A program made the position numbers and the translations under genes. Shown piece by piece: positions 6,020-8,390 of a stretch of 8,390 nucleotides of DNA; the stretch's first letter is position 1, and the number at the start of each line of letters is the position of its first letter. The stretch comes from Candidatus Njordarchaeota archaeon (GTDB taxonomy: Archaea > Asgardarchaeota > Njordarchaeia > Njordarchaeales > Panguiarchaeaceae), in assembly GCA_030587585.2 (NCBI GenBank), contig JAUQYS020000294.1:1-8390 (forward strand). The letters run 5' to 3'. The notes beneath the pieces are model-generated. The model had not been told where the DNA came from. It worked only from the letters and a program-made list of their open reading frames with translations, and did not search any database.

Positions 6020-6025
6020 AAAAAA
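6020..6025 (-). terminator. Putative oligo-T terminator after the tRNA-Val/tRNA-Gly pair
   Basis: A minus-strand T6 run lies 17-22 nt downstream of the tRNA-Gly 3' end. Confidence 0.3.
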
Positions 6026-6041
6026 CACTATCTAAAACAGA

Positions 6042-6127
6042 TGCGCCGGGCGGGACTCGAACCCGCGTCACCAGCTTGGGAGGCTGGCTTTAGGAGATGT
6101 ATTATCCTACCGCTAGACCACCGGCGC
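6042..6127 (-). tRNA. tRNA-Gly(CCC) with a 15-nt intron at non-canonical position 25/26; CCA not encoded
   Basis: I folded it by hand. The acceptor is GCGCCGG/CCGGCGC, the D arm is GUCU-AGCGGUA-GGAU, and the anticodon arm is CCAGC-CUCCCAA-GCUGG (anticodon CCC). The variable region is UGAC, the T arm is GCGGG-UUCGAGU-CCCGC, and the discriminator is A. It is 86 nt as encoded and 71 nt after removal of AAUACAUCUCCUAAA. Confidence 0.9.
6089..6103 (-). other. tRNA-Gly intron between the D stem and nucleotide 26
   Basis: Fifteen extra nt (AAUACAUCUCCUAAA) sit between GGAU (22-25) and G26-CCAGC. Intron CCUA pairs with exon UAGG (20-23) as a 4-bp central helix with 3-nt bulges AUA and AAG. Cutting 2 nt into each bulge restores the canonical GGAU-G-CCAGC. 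Confidence 0.75.
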
Positions 6128-6135
6128 GCTGGAAG

Positions 6136-6208
6136 TGGGCCGGGGCGGACTCGAACCGCCGACCTTCCCGTCGTAAGCGGGACGCCATAGCCACTAGGCC
6201 ACCGGCCC
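6136..6208 (-). tRNA. tRNA-Val(UAC), intron-less; CCA not encoded
   Basis: I folded it by hand. The acceptor is GGGCCGG/CCGGCCC, the D arm is GCCU-AGUGGCUA-UGGC, and nucleotide 26 is G. The anticodon arm is UCCCG-CUUACGA-CGGGA (anticodon UAC), the variable region is AGGUC, the T arm is GGCGG-UUCGAGU-CCGCC, and the discriminator is A. It is 73 nt long. Confidence 0.9.
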
Positions 6209-6227
6209 AAAAAACCAACTATATTGG

Positions 6228-6238
6228 TTTTATACTAT
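6228..6238 (-). promoter_or_regulatory. Putative TATA box for the tRNA-Val/tRNA-Gly transcript
   Basis: The minus strand reads ATAGTATAAAA, spanning about -30 to -20 relative to tRNA-Val nucleotide 1 (6208). That implies initiation at or within a few nt of the mature 5' end. Confidence 0.35.
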
Positions 6239-6363
6239 TTTCTATTTTTTGGTATCTACTCATCTCTATACTAAAGGATAATACTATTATTTACGTTTTT
6301 ATTTTTGGGTTTTTTATATCTATAATTAGTTTAAGATTTTTTAACTGTCTGGGGGATCTAGAT

Positions 6364-6552
6364 ATGACGCATGGATCGTTGGATAAGGCTGGTAAAGTTA
6401 GGAGGGCTACTCTAGAAGCCTTAAGAATGCTTGGTATAACTCCGCGGGAGCATCATACTCCTTCGCCTCGAGTAGCAAAAAGGGAGGCATATTGGAAAAG
6501 ATTTATTAAGAATTATAGAATAGGACAACCACCAAAAAGAAGGCGTTTATAA
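6364..6552 (+). CDS. rps30e: Ribosomal protein eS30 (S30e)
   Basis: The 62-aa protein is MTHGSLDKAGKVRRAT...PRVAKREAYWKRF...PPKRRRL. The N-terminal HGSL-x-KAGKVR motif and the basic tail are characteristic of eS30. The ATG at 6364 is preceded by GGGGGAT, a Shine-Dalgarno-like motif. The longer track ORF from 6097 runs through the tRNA genes and is rejected. Confidence 0.8.
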   Translation: MTHGSLDKAGKVRRATLEALRMLGITPREHHTPSPRVAKREAYWKRFIKNYRIGQPPKRRRL

Positions 6553-6554
6553 TT

Positions 6555-7091
6555 CTATTCCATCATTTTTCTATAATACCTTGCTATTCTATATTCCTCA
6601 ATTTTTTTCATAACTCTGTTAATTTTACTACCTCTACAGATAGATAATACAGCCTCCTTTGCTACCATAACATCGTCATATCTTCCAATTATTGCTACGT
6701 ACTTATCGTAGATAGATATCCTAACACTAAGTTCATCTTCAAACTTCATTCGAATTTTTCCTCCGCGGCCTATTAGCCGCGATTTTATCCTCGATATATC
6801 CCTCCTGTTCCTAGCATAATCACTTATATCTACAACCTCGAAAATATATTCTGGATTTTCAATCAAAATGAAAGCATTCGCCGGAGAAAAACCATATGAA
6901 ATCGCGGTTATTACCATTTTGGCTCTAAGAACATTATCTATGTTACCCCTAGACGCTATTATAATTATTTCACCTCGATTAGCATTAATTTTAATTTCTA
7001 CTCCTAATTTCTGTTCTATTTTCTTTTTTACATCTTGTTTGGAGCCAATAATTACGCCTACACGGCCATAATCTATTGGAACCACAACCAT
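6555..7091 (-). CDS. KH-domain RNA-binding protein, Dim2/Pno1-like (archaeal aDim2)
   Basis: It has two KH-like modules: VVVPIDYGRVGVIIGSKQDVKKKIEQKLGVEI, and RIKSRLIGRGGKIRMKFEDELSVRISIYDKYVAIIG (GxxG motif GRGG). It also has AISYGFSPANAF (family pattern A-i-x-r-G-F-s-p-x-x-A). I prefer the ATG at 7091. An alternative GTG at 7133 would overlap the upstream gene by 11 nt. Confidence 0.85.
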   Translation of the reverse strand: MVVVPIDYGRVGVIIGSKQDVKKKIEQKLGVEIKINANRGEIIIIASRGNIDNVLRAKMVITAISYGFSPANAFILIENPEYIFEVVDISDYARNRRDISRIKSRLIGRGGKIRMKFEDELSVRISIYDKYVAIIGRYDDVMVAKEAVLSICRGSKINRVMKKIEEYRIARYYRKMME

Positions 7092-7122
7092 TATTTTTCC
7101 TGAATTCTGCACCACTGACCCC

Positions 7123-7809
7123 CTAAATCTCACCCTCTAAGTTTTTTAATATGCTTCTAAACATTAATAGTAAGCTTCTTTTTATTTTAAGCTGCATGTC
7201 AGCAGTTAGTTCTCTTGACCTTAGAGACCCCAAGAGCTTATCTATGTACTCTGTAAATATGTTAAGTGACTTTGTGTTCATATTACTGAGATAAAATTTG
7301 ACCTTGGAAAGACTAGCTATCAAGTTTTCTTTATCGCCAATACTTAGGCTCTTTCTAGCTTCAAGAATTTCTTTCTTTAATAATTCGACAATTTCTGACT
7401 TGGATATAGAACTAGCACCATCGAGAACTGATTTTATATCTCGAAGAGTCTCAATTATTAGGGATAGAGGAATATTGGATTTTGGGGGATAAACACTTGT
7501 TACTGATAGACCTCTGTATCCCAAATAGACACAATCCATATCGTCAATCCTGAATCTGACTTGTATAATGGGTATATTATCGCAACGGAGGCTGATGTTA
7601 TATTTTGACTTGAGATCCATCATAAATTCCATTTCTAGTTTATATAGCAACCACGTTCTTATAGATGGTAATATTATCAGAACATTTCTAAATTTTTCGT
7701 CTCCCACAAAACATATTTCAAAGCCATCCAAGTCAGAGATATAAACGGCTTTTGCGCCTGCTTCAATAAGCCTGCTAGCTATTTGGTTTATCTGCTCTAT
7801 GCCACTCAT
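7123..7809 (-). CDS. Roadblock/LC7 (MglB-like) domain protein with a helical C-terminal extension
   Basis: The N-terminal roughly 110 aa are INQIASRLIEAGAKAVYISDLDGFEICFVGDE...ISLRCDNIPIIQVRFRIDDMDCVYLGY. They fit the Roadblock/LC7 pattern (l..l...gv.ga.lv..dG..ia ... e.g.i.i..i.d..L.v). The gene lies immediately downstream of, and is co-oriented with, an MglA-type GTPase. I prefer the ATG at 7809; the track start at 7854 is a TTG. Confidence 0.55.
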   Translation of the reverse strand: MSGIEQINQIASRLIEAGAKAVYISDLDGFEICFVGDEKFRNVLIILPSIRTWLLYKLEMEFMMDLKSKYNISLRCDNIPIIQVRFRIDDMDCVYLGYRGLSVTSVYPPKSNIPLSLIIETLRDIKSVLDGASSISKSEIVELLKKEILEARKSLSIGDKENLIASLSKVKFYLSNMNTKSLNIFTEYIDKLLGSLRSRELTADMQLKIKRSLLLMFRSILKNLEGEI

Positions 7810-7818
7810 GATGAGCCC

Positions 7819-7899
7819 GATATCGAATAAATAATCAAAAGTATACCTATACAAAAATTCAAAACAACTAAAAATTAGGAAATATCATTATTCGATATC
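7819..7899. repeat. 12-nt perfect inverted repeat pair flanking a 57-nt spacer upstream of the Roadblock-like gene
   Basis: GATATCGAATAA (7819-7830) is the reverse complement of TTATTCGATATC (7888-7899). Confidence 0.4.
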
Positions 7900-7937
7900 T
7901 CTATATGTAGATAACAATTAAAAAATATCATCAATTT

Positions 7938-8390
7938 TTAGGGCAATTCCCTTATCATAGAAGACAGTATCTCGATAAATCTCTCCTTCGCATCTGGAGA
8001 TACTGCTACCATAGGGTACGAAGGAAAACCCGTAAGCTCTTCTATTACCGATGCGGGCAATCTATTACCCAAGTCCTGTTTATTAGCTATTAACGTAAAC
8101 CTAGAATACGGCGTTATTTTCATCAAGTATGGAAGAATTTCTTTTTGCAATCTTTCAACGTCTTCTCTAGATGAATCCGTGACAAGTACTACAAAGTCAG
8201 ATCCTTCCGTTGTCAGCATCCAAGTTCGCCAATATTCGGGCTGTCCCGCAACAGTGAACAACGTGACTTTAAATGGTTCTATTCCCTCAATTGCGAGCTC
8301 CTCAACATCTGCAAGAATAGTAGGAATATGTTTCGTCACGGTTTCACCTTTAGCAACAAGCTTTACAATAGTCGTCTTTCCGACACCGCC
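7938..8390 (-). CDS. MglA-family Ras-like small GTPase; 5' end lies outside the window
   Basis: The frame is open to the window edge and begins with the P-loop GGVGKTT upstream of the track's GTG start. G3 is TVAGQ, with Thr in place of the usual Asp as in Myxococcus MglA (TVPGQ). G4 is NKQD and G5-like is AVSP. The overall match to MglA includes VTLFTVAGQPEYW versus FHLYTVPGQVFY, and FVVLVTDSS versus GVVFVADSQ. Confidence 0.8.
   Translation of the reverse strand, partial: GGVGKTTIVKLVAKGETVTKHIPTILADVEELAIEGIEPFKVTLFTVAGQPEYWRTWMLTTEGSDFVVLVTDSSREDVERLQKEILPYLMKITPYSRFTLIANKQDLGNRLPASVIEELTGFPSYPMVAVSPDAKERFIEILSSMIRELP

Noticed and set aside
6028-6363. 60-aa minus ORF (6028-6210) and the N-terminal 89 codons of the plus ORF 6097-6552.
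   Set aside because: Both run through the tRNA-Gly and tRNA-Val genes or the AT-rich promoter spacer. The real plus-strand gene is the 62-aa eS30 starting at ATG 6364.
7808-7933. C-box-like UGAUGA motifs (plus strand 7808-7814; minus strand 7933-7928) that might mark a C/D box sRNA.
   Set aside because: No CUGA D or D' box lies at the required spacing on either strand, and there are no terminal complementary nucleotides.
1-8390. Scan for CRISPR arrays, transposases or integrases, and tRNA-adjacent att-type direct repeats.
   Set aside because: I saw no regularly spaced repeats of 25-40 nt, no integrase- or transposase-like ORFs, and no duplication of tRNA 3' segments.

Overview
This is a compact, AT-rich archaeal chromosomal segment with short or overlapping intergenic regions. 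Its few RNA genes are sharply G+C-rich, which is typical of a thermophile with a low-GC genome. On the plus strand I read the 3' end of primase large subunit PriL and a ThiF/MoeB-type E1-like adenylyltransferase. These are followed by a tightly coupled coiled-coil protein and membrane protein, a divergent EF-2-family GTPase, an orphan 276-aa protein and ribosomal protein eS30. On the minus strand I read tRNA-Val(UAC), tRNA-Gly(CCC) with a 15-nt intron at the non-canonical 25/26 position, a 5S rRNA, a Dim2/Pno1-like KH protein, a Roadblock/LC7-like protein and a 5'-truncated MglA-type small GTPase. The main finding is the 5S rRNA gene at about 5808-5964 (minus strand), which appears circularly permuted. 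The canonical 3' half is encoded upstream of the canonical 5' half, and helix I is closed by a UUUU tetraloop. The leader and trailer form an 11-bp stem plus a bulge-helix-bulge-like motif whose predicted cleavage and ligation would restore the normal CGGAA/GCUAAGCC junction. The ORF-track entries over this region and over the tRNAs are shadows of structured RNA genes. I found no CRISPR arrays, transposases or integrases.
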